A stretch of 64,000 nucleotides of DNA from Ostrea edulis (lineage: Eukaryota), in NCBI RefSeq assembly GCF_947568905.1, contig NC_079166.1, positions 20,646,001-20,710,000 of the forward strand. The letters are read 5' to 3'. Under the pieces are notes generated by a model that worked only from the letters and a program-made list of their open reading frames with translations, had not been told where the DNA came from and searched no databases. Shown here in pieces: positions 36,426 through 48,673 of the stretch. Positions within the stretch are counted from its first letter, which is position 1, and the number at the start of each line of letters is the position of its first letter. The position numbers were made by a program, and so were the translations under genes.

Positions 36426-39400
36426 CTCTTTGGGGATATAATAACTCGCATCAGGGTCTGCAAATGCAACTTGTAGCTATAATGTGGTTCGAAGAGATTT
36501 AAACCAGTTTAAGGCCATTGGTATCACACTAATTGTGAGTACGATTAACTTAATTTACCTGATCAAGATAGATGGTTCACGTCAGACGTAGCAGGAGTGC
36601 TCACTCCTCCCAGGCATCTGATGTTTCCAGCCGAATGTATTTGCCATTTTTTCGGTATTTTTGATAGAACTATGCGATTAATCACTGTTTGGTATATTCA
36701 CCTCTTCCGTAACATAAATATTATATTCATCACATTCAATGGATCACCTTGCATTCAGTGGAAAACGTTTTACTGCTATTATTTTATGCAATGAAACTTA
36801 CTTCTAGGAATTGATAAGAAATGAATATGAGCTGAAGTAATTTGGAACATTATTCCCCCTTTCTAAACCACTTAAGAGCCTTTATCTGAAGCATCAAACT
36901 TTTCAATAATTATAGAGATGGATAAATACCCTCACCGGTTTTGCTAAAATTTGGCATATAGGGATAAATTTGGCATATAGGGATTATTTGATACCCTCTC
37001 GTAGAATTTGATACCAAAATTTGTAATTAAGGTACTGTTGCCATTGTAACAAGAACATCTTGAAAACAGTCCCAAAATGCTTTAAAATGCTCGATTTTGA
37101 CTCATTTTTGATTAAACATAGACAAATTAATTTTACTGGTGTACAAATTTCTCTATTGCTTGCTTAACGATTAGCTTCAGCATAACAAGTACTTAAAAGA
37201 ATATTAATAAATCAATATTGGATTACCTATTGTTCCTGAAGTTGAAAAATCAATGTTTTAGCATTTTGACTATATTTGATAAAGTAATCCATTTTAAGCC
37301 ATTTTATGACATCATTAACAGGAAAACACAACAATATACATTAATGAAAGTAATTCATCCCTTTATGTGTAAAATATAAAAAGAAAAATAACCAATATCA
37401 AATTTCAGTAATTTATCGATATTATATCCTTAATCTATTTTTGGCATAAACAATGATAAATATAATGTATTCTCATGTTAGAAAATATTTCAGGTGCCAT
37501 AGAAACCCTATTTCAGTATTTTATAACAAGGTTTTAATAAGTAAACTAGTATGATAATTTGTATCAGAAAGCATTATAGGTCTTCTAAATACCATGTGAG
37601 AGCGTAAACTATCTCATTGTCATATTATCTTTGAACATATAAATTGATGTAAAAAAAGGGTCTGCTTAAGCTTGCAATACTAATGATTAATTGTTTTGTT
37701 ACCGCAACAGCCATTGTATAAGATATGCGATTCCGTTTAGTTTTGAAGAAAAATGTTAACTATAAAATTGATTTGTGTCAGAGAGCAGAAACGTGTGTGT
37801 CTATTATTATGTGAAAGTGCTCTGTCATAATTTCAATATTTGTTATAAAGTACCAATTTCATAATTTTCATGGATTAGTCATAAGTCCATGTAGGAAACA
37901 TTTATAAAATATTGAAGTCAAATGGCATTGATAGAAAATTATCATACTTAAAATGAAAATTACACTTTATGAATGTGTTTGAATTACTTTGTATCGAATG
38001 TAATTTTGAATTTTCACAAGATAGAATAAAATTACTTATTCATCTAAAGGTGTTTCCTGTAAAAGCATTTATTTATATGACTCTGTTTAATCATTTAAGT
38101 TTAATCATTACAAAGGGAAAAATATGAAGAAAAATGTGCTGCTATGGAAACAATAGGGCCAACAACCACAATAATTGAAAACGATTCAATGTACTTCAGT
38201 AGATTGATTCTGTAATATCATAACTTTATCTTTGCATTCATTGGCTGGTTAAAATATACTAATTAAGAAAGAATTCAATTTGTAGTTTAGTTTCTGTAGA
38301 AAGCTACTAATGGAAACATGCTGTTGGTTATTTAGATCTCTTTTCATTTACATTAACTACAAGTATTTTACCTACTTATACTCAATTGAGTCAGTTTTGA
38401 CCAGAGATAGTCCTAAAATCCTTTTATAAAAATGTTGGTAATCTGACTGTTTTTCTCTCTTTCCATGGAAACATTAGATAGGAACTTTAACAGCCACATG
38501 TAACTTAGTATATTAATGTTTGGTTATGCATGCTTCTAAACATTTTCTTGACACTGATTTTTATCAGCTACAACAACACAATCTACGGGGGTGGAGGAGT
38601 ACTGTTGTTAAAACAGGTTTAGGTTTTGTATCAAAATTATAACATGATTTTATGTGCCATACATGTAGATGAATGACTTACATCGTATAAGATGCATGGT
38701 TTACGAAAATACTGCCCAATTCGGGGAGGGGGGGGGGGCTGTTATCTTGTTTTAAAAAAAAACGTGTGTCCATCTTGGTTATATCAAGGTGTCCTGTTTC
38801 TGTCAGACTTATCCTGATTGTTTTCTATTAGCATGGTTAGATTAAAACTTGTACATTTTTAATTGCAGTCTGTGATGCTCTCATTCAGTGCAGGAAATTA
38901 ATTAAACAATGTTCAATCATATGTTCAAGTTTTATCTAAAAATGAGTTTGTAAACAATGACTAACACACGATATTTGTTTTTGCATATACCAGTATTTTT
39001 CAGTAAACTACATGTACAGTTGCATCTTTCAGTTGAGTACAGTTCCTTCCATGAAAAGGGATGATAAATTCAAAAACAGTTTATGAAATATTCTCCAACA
39101 GTCTCAGCCTCTGTGATTTTCTCAGTGGACACATTCCAGCTGAGGAATCTTTAAACAAGTTACTGCTATGTTGGATCCACTTGAATTTTAATGATCAACC
39201 CACAGTTGTGTTGATATATGATGATGTTGAGTCTTATACATTCTTCACTAAAACATTTCTGTCTTAATTTCATTTAGAAGATTCAATCTTCAATCCGCAA
39301 CCCTGACAGTCAGAGCTAAAACGTATATCAAAAATAATAAATATTTCCTGCTGATTGATAAGTTTATAACATCAGATAAATCTTATTCACAAACACATAT

Positions 39401-39988
39401 CGGCACAGGCATTTCTAATGTACAAGATTTTGCTAGAAGTTTCTATTCAACGATGAATTGCATGTCATTTGTTTGATGTCTAGTTATTTTACAAACAGGG
39501 GCAAAATGAATGATAATAATAAAGTACTCTCGGATCTGAAATGTTATGACAACAGCATTGGACACATTTAATGCCACCTATGCATTTCTTTTTCGGCTAA
39601 TCTTCTCAGAAGTGTTAGCATACAACACAATGTACAGGTTCTCACTGTTGTAATCTTGATCGTAGCGTAAATCCACTGATTGAAAGCTACCCATCAAGGA
39701 CATAAAGATCTCCGACAAACACTTAAGTATCAAATGAAAAATAATTGATTTAAAGACATAAACCAGCTCAAATATCCAAAACACCCTTCACAAATTTCTA
39801 CTTTCACTTTGCAAAAGGGACGTAATTTGTCTTGATCATGAATATATTTGAAATACGCATTGCATTCAAGAGTCGAGGTAATCTAGATTTCGAAAAAAAC
39901 TCGCATATGTTCGCAATAGCACACATTTTAAAAATCAATTTATTTTCTTAAATGAAATGAGACATTTTTTGATATGCTATTCTAATAG

Positions 39989-42089
39989 ATGCAAGGTGAA
40001 GATAACGAACAGTGATCAATGCAAGGTGAAGATAACGAACAGTGATCAGTCTCATAATCCTACAAGCAATACAAAATAGATAGTTGGGCAAACACGGACC
40101 TCTGGACACACCAGAGGTGGGATCAGGTGCCTAGGAGGAGTAAGCATCCCCTGTTGACCGGTCACACCCGCCGTGAGCCCCATATCCTGATCAGGTAAAC
40201 GGAGTTATCCGCAGTCAAAATCAGTGTGCTAAGAACGGCTTAACAATCGGTATGAAACACGTCAGACAGCATCTGACCCAATGCGAGGTTGTATTGACGA
40301 ACTAGATCGTTATAACGACCATAGAATTTGCGAAATGCTGACTTCAATCGAGACTGTTGAAATCACTGTACCATCAACTTGTTTGTCAGTAGCTTACCTC
40401 GATTTAAAAACTGACTATACCCAGAACAAGCTCTTGCATATCGAATCAGTTGAGATATATAAACACCATATGCAGGTGATAGTGGAATATTGCTACATAA
40501 ATGTGGGAAGTTGACGATGGAGAAGCTGAAATCATCCCGTTTGTCACACAGTTGAGTTGTCAGTTGGCCGTTAATGTCTACTTTCAATAAAGTATCTAAG
40601 TATGAAGCAAAAGTGGACGACTCTGTGGTGTCCTTTAATTTATTTCGAGCTCACAGGGATATATCAAATCGACATATGAATGAAAGCTATCATTGTTAAT
40701 AGAGAAAACGTCATCGATATATCTAAAAGTCGAATTGAAGGTCACAGCGAGAGATTTTTTCTTCTCACGTAGATGTTTTTGAATAAATTCTGCTTCATAT
40801 GAATATAAAAACAGGTCAGCTAAGAAAGGAGCACAATTCGTGCCCATGGGAATTCCAACAAACTGTTGGAAGACCTGATCACCAAAGACCACGAAGATAT
40901 TGTCAATGAGGAACTCTAGCATATTTTTTATTTCAACTTCAGAGTACTTGTGCGTGGAATCAGAGTGGTGTTTAACAAAGTAAGTTTTTGAATGACTGAT
41001 CACTAGATATGAATATTTCCGTTTTCCGTTTTTGTTGAAGAAGCAACTGTCTATGATGTCAAAATGTCTAGTCTTTAATTTATCGTGAGGAATGGTCGTG
41101 TATAGTGTTGAAAAGTCATGGGTTTTAATGCTATTAATTTGGGAAAAATTCTGTGATTTCAAGTTTACTAAAAGTTCTTTAGAAGTTTTTAGAATCCACA
41201 TTTGATTAACACCACTTATGGCATATGTAGTCGCACAGTAAGTTTGAAGTTTCTCCTTCACAGCTGTTAACATTTTCGTGAGGAACAAAGATAGGGGCTT
41301 GGTAGAGCACTTACTGGATCCAGCAATGTATCTTTGTTTGTAAGGGTTTTTATGTAGTTTAGGAATCCAGTATAGGTACGGTAACTCATATTCATTCGAC
41401 CCACTGACTGGAATATTAAATGTCTCTAAAACTGAAGCATGGTTTTGAAGAATTTCGTCTTTTGAAAGGGCATTTAGAGTATAAGTATGATTACCAAAAG
41501 TGGAATTAATGCCAAGTTCGTTTAAAATACAGTTGTAATAATGAGCCTTACAAACAAAGACAATGTTGTTACTAGCTTTGTCAGCTGGAACCAAAACATA
41601 TTCCTCATGTAACCTATCTAATTCTTTTATCACTTCTGGTTTACTAAACACAGAAGGATAGATGGTACGTACTTTTGTTTTCATGTGTCTAATGCGGGAT
41701 TTTAATATCCCTCATATGCTTTTAACCCTTTCTGACAATGTATCAAGTTCTTCTTTTTCATATTTAGCCCATCGTCTGGCATAATCTTCGACATAACTCA
41801 TAATAGAGATGAAGTTCTGTCGCCAATTAAAAGACCGAGGTTCTCTGTATTTAAGACCTTTAAGATATAATAACTCCTACAAGCAATACAAAATAGATAG
41901 TTGGGCAAACACGGACCCCTGGACACACCAGAGGTGGGATCAGGTGCCTAGGAGGAGTAAGCATCCCCTGTTGACCGGTCACACCCGCCGTGAGCCCCAT
42001 ATCCTGATCAGGTAAACGGAGTTATCCGCAGTCAAAATCAGTGTGCCAAGAACGACTTAACAATCGGTATGAAACACGTCAGACAGCAT
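39989..42089 (-). mobile_element. Penelope-like retroelement with near-intact RT and direct terminal repeats (pLTR)
   Basis: RT motifs KGLKYREP, PADKASN, IPKLHK, DFSTLYTTIPH, GIPMGTNCAP and RYIDD. Repeats at about 40054-40272 and 41870-42089 differ at about 4 positions. A 30-bp tandem duplication sits at the 3' terminus (39989-40048). Confidence 0.95.
40240..41870 (-). pseudogene. PLE reverse transcriptase, disrupted (ORFs 40635..41684 and 40363..40587 plus flanks)
   Basis: In-frame TGA at 41712-41714 and 40363-40365, and a 4-nt insertion frameshift near 40635. The reconstructed ORF ends '...VFHTDC*' with no C-terminal GIY-YIG domain. Confidence 0.9.
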
Positions 42090-42614
42090 ACGATATACAT
42101 ATATCAGCGTAAAAATAATCCACCAGTGGTTGTGTTTCTGCACAAAATTGAAGCACTTTCCTCTCATTTTCAGTTGATTTTTTTTTTGTATTCGAAAACA
42201 TATATTTCGTGTTAGGGAGTTCCAGCAAATGGATTTTATTTTTTAAAAATTGCATGCAACATAGCCTACTTAAACAGTAACGGGAAGTTAAATGAAAAAT
42301 GGATATACACATTTTTAGAAGGAAAATGCAGCATTTACTGTGGCTCACGTCTTTGCACAAAATCGGATGTCTTGTTGCCCTGAAAACAGGAGTCGAAACA
42401 CATTTTAAAGGTGTCATGATTAAAGGACTAAAGTATGTATCCTTTGTGTAAAATTTCGTCAAAATCTGTATCGGTCGTTTTCCACAAGTTTTGATGCTTA
42501 CAGAGAACGGCTCTTAATAACTTACTTTTGCTTTTCTTACTTAAATTTAACCTATGCGAGTTATTATTCGCAAACTGTATACATAGTTACATCTAAGTTT
42601 GTAAATGTATGTAC

Positions 42615-43795
42615 CATGAAAAGGCAAAGACAACAAATAACGATTGATCTCTTAACTCCCGCAAGAAATATAGAACCAAGAGTTGGGCAAATATGGACCC
42701 CGTATACACCAGAGGTGGGTCAAAGCACCCAGGAGGAACAAGCATCCCCCTTCGACAGGCCACACTACCAGTGAGCACCATATCATAATCAGACAAATGG
42801 AGCAATCCGTAGTCAAAATCTGGGTGCAACGAACGGTTAAACAATTGGCATGAAACACGTCGAACAGCATTTGACCTAATGCCAAGTTGTATTGGCAAAC
42901 TAGATCGTTATAAAGACCACAACATGTGGAAAAAAGCTAACTATGAACAACTAATGAAAAATCCTGTCAGTTGCATTTCTTAATTCAAAATCTGACCATA
43001 AGCAAAACAAGCTCTTGCGCATTGAACCAGCTGACAAACACAACTAATAAATGCGAGCGACAATGAAATATCGCTACACAAACAAAGGAAGTTGACGATG
43101 GAGAAGCTGAAGTCATCCCGGCTGCCATAAAGTCGAACCTAGTTTGCTACCAACATCAATGTTCAATAAGATATCTAAATACGAAGCAAAAGTGAAAGAT
43201 TATTGGGTATTTTTAATTTCAAGTTCATTAGAAAATATTGAATCGACATATGAATGACAATGACTATTGTTAATAGGTATAACATCGTCGATATATCTTA
43301 ATATCGAGTTGAAAGCCATAGCAATAATTTTGTTTATCTCATGTAGAAGCTTTAAATTCTGCCTCGTAGGAATATTGAAATATGTCAGATGATGATAAAG
43401 GAGCACATTTAGTGCCCATGGCAATTCCAACAGGCTGTTGGAAAACATGATAACTAATGACTACGAAGATATTGTCGATGAGGAACTCCAGCAGGTGTTT
43501 AATATCAACTTCAGAGTACCTGTGCGTAGAATCAGAGTGATGTTTAACGAAGTAATGTTTTGAATTACTGATCACTAGATATGAATATTTGCTTTTTCCA
43601 TTTCTGTTGAAGAAGCAATTGTGTATGTTATCAAGAACACCTAGTCTTTTATTTTTCGTGAGGAATGGTCGTGTAAAGTGTTGAAAAGTCATAGGTTTTG
43701 ACGTTGTTGATTTGAGTAAAGCTTTGTGATTTTAGATTTACTTAAACTTCTTAAGAATTTTTCAAAATCCACATTTCATTTACACCACTTCTGGC
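42615..43795 (-). mobile_element. Second, more decayed Penelope-like element (RT 3' half plus 3' repeat)
   Basis: ORF 43339..43692 'LEFLIDNIFVV...QQPVGIAMGTKCAP' and ORF 43200..43448 'RYIDDV'. Confidence 0.9.
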
Positions 43796-44167
43796 ATATG
43801 TTCACTACGTGATACAGGTATGTAAATATTTCAAAAACACTGTAAAGGAAATAATTTTGACAAATTTGAATTTTATTGAATGATAAAGATTTAGAAAGGT
43901 ATATGAAAAGTATACATTTGAAAATACATATATTCATATTTGATTTGCAGTATAAGCAGCAATGAAATGATGAAAAACCAGGTTTCACTCTATGTAGGAT
44001 ATTTGGATTTTTCTACATCAAGCATTTTAATCCAAAGATAGCTTTAATATATACTCCATGCAAACATTCAAATAGTGACGGTGGCGAAAAATATATTTTA
44101 GATATGTCAATAAATGCTTGTTATTCTTTCTTGAAAATTCAAAACATTCAAAGAAACAAAGTACATT

Positions 44168-46774
44168 TTATAAATCCTCCTCTATAACGGTTTTTAGGGT
44201 TTCCCAGAAGTCGTCATATGCGCATGCCTCCTCGGGGTATTCATGGACACATTTGCACAGTTCCAGGTCAGTAATACATTTTGGAAGATGACCGTTGTAA
44301 ACTTCGGGGAAGATAACCAACTGGACGAATTTTAAATTTTCTCTAGCTTCTATGGCCTCCATTCTTGCCATGTTCAATTCATAGTCTCGCCATTTCGATT
44401 TGAGATATCTTTTTGATATTAAGCAGATCACTCGCTTGCTGTCCTGAATCGCATCCATAATGACTTGACCTTTTGCTACTCCAGCAGGCTCATCTCGATC
44501 TCGGATGTAAAGTTGTATATTAGAATTATTTTCCACTCGAGGTATAAATTCCGTAAGCATGAAAGATAGCTCACTTCTTGAGTACGAAATCATTGCATCA
44601 TATTTGTAATGAATTGAAGATGAAGAAAACTCATTTGAATACCTCCCTAATTTTTTGAAACGTTGCTTTGCTTTGAATACTACGTAACGAATTTTCCATT
44701 TATTTTTCTGTAGAGTTATTCCAACGACTGTACTGAAAATAAAAGCTAAAGTGACAGACGTCGCGATGTATATTACAAGATATGATTTACAAATTTCCTT
44801 CAAAGACACCAATGAATGAGCTGCATTTGTAAAATTAAACTTTTCAGAACTTGTCGAGGAGCATTCATAGTCTATAAAACGTGCGAAGTTTCTTCTATTA
44901 CGCGTGATCCATGACAGGAAGTCTACATTATCACAGGAACATAGAAGCTTGTTTCCCGATAGATCTACAGTAAGGTTTGATGTTCGAAATAAAGTTTCAA
45001 ATGAGCGTCGGTATCTTTCCTCAATTGTGGTAAATCTGTTTTGTGCGAGGTTCATATATTTGATTTCTCTCAAATGTTCGATGTTTACCCGCCATATCGA
45101 TAGCAGGTTATTTTTTAGATTCAATGTCTTCAACTTTCGCATATTCTTAAACATTTGAACAGATAACGACATGATGCTGTCATGTGACAAATCAAGATTT
45201 TCTAGAGATATGAGATTTTCAAATGTTTTCCCTTCTTTATCACTCGATAAGCTTTGACCTATATTATTCTCTGATAAATTAAGAGATTTCAGACCAGTGC
45301 CATACTTAAGAAAATGTGGGGAGATGTAAAAACAGAAATTGTTGGACAGATCAAGAATTTGAATTCCCTCTGCGCCGTGTACAGGTCCATTCCATGAGTA
45401 GAAAAAGTTGTTCTGTACATAAATCTCACGTAAACTAGAACCATTTATTCCGAATTCGGGAATCTTCGTATAAAGCCGACTTGCATTTGCATATAATGTT
45501 TCTAAGAATCTAGGTAAATAAAATGTGAAAATACGCTTTCTTTCAGACTTTGAATCTGAATCTTGCATCGATGTTTCCCGTATTGTATAAAAGTCCTTGA
45601 TCGTAACATGTGTTCGTTCTTCAAAGGGATTTGTACGAGTATAGTCATATTCGTCGGTTTTCTCCTTGCAGTCTTCAAATATGGATGATGGATATGGAGG
45701 AGGTCGTAACTGAACGCTTATGTTTAAAACACGAAGATTTGCAAGGAAAAAGTAGTCAATTATGTATCTCCCTTGGGTCAGCTTATTTTCTCCCATTGAA
45801 AATATTCGGATTGTTTTAGGAAAATTTCTGATCACACCTGGTTCTAATTGTTCGAGTCTATTCTTTTCAATGTGTATCTCGGTAAGATTGGTATTGTCTA
45901 TGTTGATCAGATGATGTCTGAGGATTTTAGAGCCTGTTCCAGTCAAACACATAATACCATTGATATGTAAAATATCAATAGATGTCTGGTTAAGGTTATG
46001 TGTGATGTTCGGAAGTGAAGCAAATCCGAGTCTTTTGTTGTGGGAAACATCAAGATATTGAAGTAAAGGTAGAACTCCAAATGCACCTTCTTCAATGTCG
46101 ATAATATTGCATGCTGAAACATCTACATATTTTAACTTAGGCGTGTTGTTAAACATGTCTTGAGGAATCCTTGTGAATGAACAATTTCCCGTAATTCCAG
46201 ACAAATCAAGTTTGTATAAGTTTGCTAAATTGGAAAACCCCTTTCCAAAGGATATGTTCTTTGGTCCATCGATTTTTAAAATTTGCAATGATTTCAGCTC
46301 TGCAAATACTTCGTCATGCACTATGACGCTCGTACCTGGATGGGAATTTCCTTTCAGACTCAGTTCAGTTAAGGAATATAAGTCTGCAAACAGACCTTGA
46401 TATAATTCGGATATGCTTATCTTATTTCCTTCCAGATTCAATGATTTCAGATTTCGTAATCCACGGAAAGGTTTGTTGCTTAGTGATTTTATTTTATTTC
46501 GCGACAGATCTATGTACGACACAGTCTCCGGAAAAGGATCGCTGATTTCTTCAATGTCATTATCGCTCAAATCAATCCAGGACACATTTTTTGGAAAATG
46601 TGGAATATTTTGAACATGTTTCTTTGAACAGTCTACTTTAATCTGGTGTTGAATATTTTCGCAAGTACAATTCACAACTCCAAAAACGCAAAGATGCCAG
46701 ATATTTTCAGCAACAGCGTAACTTATCAATAAAAGAAAAATATATAACAAGTAATATCTGCAATAAAACTCCAT
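44168..46774 (-). CDS. TLR: Toll-like receptor, 868 aa, single coding exon
   Basis: Signal peptide, LRRNT (CxC...VDC), many LxxLxLxxN repeats, LRRCT (LSGNKLLCSCD...C...C), TM helix YLVIYIATSVTLAFIFSTVVGITL, and TIR (YDAMISYS, LYIRDRD, S.W..YEL). No stops. Confidence 0.97.
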   Translation of the reverse strand: MEFYCRYYLLYIFLLLISYAVAENIWHLCVFGVVNCTCENIQHQIKVDCSKKHVQNIPHFPKNVSWIDLSDNDIEEISDPFPETVSYIDLSRNKIKSLSNKPFRGLRNLKSLNLEGNKISISELYQGLFADLYSLTELSLKGNSHPGTSVIVHDEVFAELKSLQILKIDGPKNISFGKGFSNLANLYKLDLSGITGNCSFTRIPQDMFNNTPKLKYVDVSACNIIDIEEGAFGVLPLLQYLDVSHNKRLGFASLPNITHNLNQTSIDILHINGIMCLTGTGSKILRHHLINIDNTNLTEIHIEKNRLEQLEPGVIRNFPKTIRIFSMGENKLTQGRYIIDYFFLANLRVLNISVQLRPPPYPSSIFEDCKEKTDEYDYTRTNPFEERTHVTIKDFYTIRETSMQDSDSKSERKRIFTFYLPRFLETLYANASRLYTKIPEFGINGSSLREIYVQNNFFYSWNGPVHGAEGIQILDLSNNFCFYISPHFLKYGTGLKSLNLSENNIGQSLSSDKEGKTFENLISLENLDLSHDSIMSLSVQMFKNMRKLKTLNLKNNLLSIWRVNIEHLREIKYMNLAQNRFTTIEERYRRSFETLFRTSNLTVDLSGNKLLCSCDNVDFLSWITRNRRNFARFIDYECSSTSSEKFNFTNAAHSLVSLKEICKSYLVIYIATSVTLAFIFSTVVGITLQKNKWKIRYVVFKAKQRFKKLGRYSNEFSSSSIHYKYDAMISYSRSELSFMLTEFIPRVENNSNIQLYIRDRDEPAGVAKGQVIMDAIQDSKRVICLISKRYLKSKWRDYELNMARMEAIEARENLKFVQLVIFPEVYNGHLPKCITDLELCKCVHEYPEEACAYDDFWETLKTVIEEDL

Positions 46775-46920
46775 GTTTTCAAATTATGCACAACATGATT
46801 AACCCACTTCCACTAAATACGTCAAACGCTTGACTATGAGCATGGCTTCTATTGACAAGACAATACTTTGGCATGAGTAGAACCATAATTGTCACCACCT
46901 TTTATGATCGACGTATTGCA

Positions 46921-47073
46921 CATGTGCATGGAAAACCCATTAATTTACTTCCAACTTAAATGCATTCGTAAGAAGGATTCAGTTGCATTCGATATTGTAC
47001 ATGCGCATGAAAAACCCATTAATTTACTTCCAACTTAAATGCATTCGTGATAGGAATTCAGTTACATTCGATA
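46921..47073. repeat. 79-bp direct duplication upstream of the TLR start codon
   Basis: Units start at 46921 and 47000. They contain kB-like GGGTTTTCC/GGGTTTTTC and ETS GGAAGT on the minus strand. Confidence 0.9.
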
Positions 47074-48637
47074 TGTTGAAAAACGCGCTCTCAAACTGTG
47101 TCAAGTTTAGTTCTTGTCTAGATTATCTGAATACCTCACGCCATCAGAACGATTTTCTTACTATTGACACGGGCATACTCTGTAATGATCGTTTAAAGGG
47201 ATATTGTTTGTAATATAAGACGTAAAAATTACTTCCAAACTGTGATTAACATGCTGGAACGCGTTTTAAAATGTAGAAAAATAGATCTGACTAACTGAAA
47301 AATTCTTTCTTCGATCGAATTTAAGAAATATATGTAAGTTTTCTCTCCATCTTGAATTATTTAATTCCATATGTATAAAGTCTCCTTTTTAGTATTAAAA
47401 CCTTTAAAAACTCTAAACACTTTCTAGAAATCTTTTTCGGTCGTGTTTATCTGTCATAGCAACGTAACGCAAGACTACATACATAAGAGTACTATGACGT
47501 CACAGTAAGTATTATACAATTGATAAGTAACATCAAAGTTGATATTGTGCGAAGAACATTTGAGAAAGGTAAGTCTAATAACAAAATGAACAATACTCAC
47601 CCGACATCATGGACACATCCTAAAATATTACTATGCGCATTATTAAATATTTGGTATTTATGTAGCAAACTTTAAGAAATGTTTGTTCACAAAGCAGTTA
47701 ACTTCTGGCCTAAATGAATACAAACACGAAATATTACAGCAAGTAGTTAATCTAAATACATTAATATTGTTAAAATCAATTATTATAACACGTTCTTTGC
47801 ATACAAGACATTAATTATTAAAGACAAGAATGTTCCCTTTTGTTTATGCCGAATGGTACATAAGTATTCAATTTTTTTCCCCATAAAGAACATGACCCAC
47901 AATATGCCATTTTTGGCCTACCAAATTTGGAAAAATTAAAGAACACTTTAGAATAAATCTAAGATTATATTTTTTATCCATAACATGAGCCAAGTTGTAT
48001 TGCGCAATCGTTTCCTCACACCGGATGTTTAAAGCACTCAAGTAAATGCCCAAACCTACCGCAGTTTCACGTTTTCCGGGAAAATCGCATAAATTTGCCA
48101 ACTTCAGTCTATAAATTCACATGGGCCGCATTACTCACGACTCAATTTTGTAAACTAAAATTAAAATGTAAAGTTAGATTAACACTTTCCATCAAAAAAA
48201 TTAACTCGTAAGCAATGCGGCCATGTCGAAAAAAAAAAATAATAATAACAAAAGTGTCGTCTGGAAACGTCAGATTCCAAGGAAGTCAATACATACAACT
48301 AACACAGTTGATACGACTCAAAAAGAAACAGCAAAGAGGTGAGTTTTTATGTTCTTATATATTTTTTAAAATAAAAAAATCAATATCTAAACGAGTAAAT
48401 ATGAGAGTCATGGCCTATGGTAAAAAGGTACGGGGGGGGGGGGGGACCTATCGTGTATGTTTGATTCCGATGGCTTTAAAAGTACCGATTTCCCTACCTT
48501 TTGTTACTTTAAAAATGATATTGTTCAAAACAGAATGAATGTTCGAATAAAACGTACAGTACAAACTTATTCGGCCATACGGAATACCCTAGTTAGAATA
48601 ATCTGTGTCTCGGGACAGGCCCTCACCACAATCGGTG

Positions 48638-48673
<36 letters not shown>

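Noticed and set aside
36800-39960. 3-kb AT-rich region as a gene or a defined transposon
   Set aside because: It looks repeat-derived, but I could not find termini, TSDs or a recognisable reading frame.
41712-41714. In-frame TGA codons in the PLE RT (also 40363-40365) as selenocysteine
   Set aside because: Other copies in the window have Arg (KSIRG, 56.8 kb) and Gly/Val (MVQG, MVQV) at these sites, not Cys. There is no convincing SECIS in the 3' UTR. They are simple nonsense mutations.
41930-41990. HDV-like ribozyme in the PLE repeat (TCCTCCTAGGC resembles HDV L3/P3)
   Set aside because: The P3 5' strand does not pair, G25 is absent, and the P2 3' strand is not conserved across copies.
41809-42015. 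Short ORFs containing HQRWDQVPRRSKHP or GMLTPP (also 4706, 17164, 24716, 36597, 42652)
   Set aside because: They are translations of the PLE terminal repeat, not host genes.
44904-45158. Similar antisense ORFs at 44904..45158 and 62550..62804 as a conserved small gene
   Set aside because: They are shadows of the paralogous TLR coding sequence on the opposite strand.
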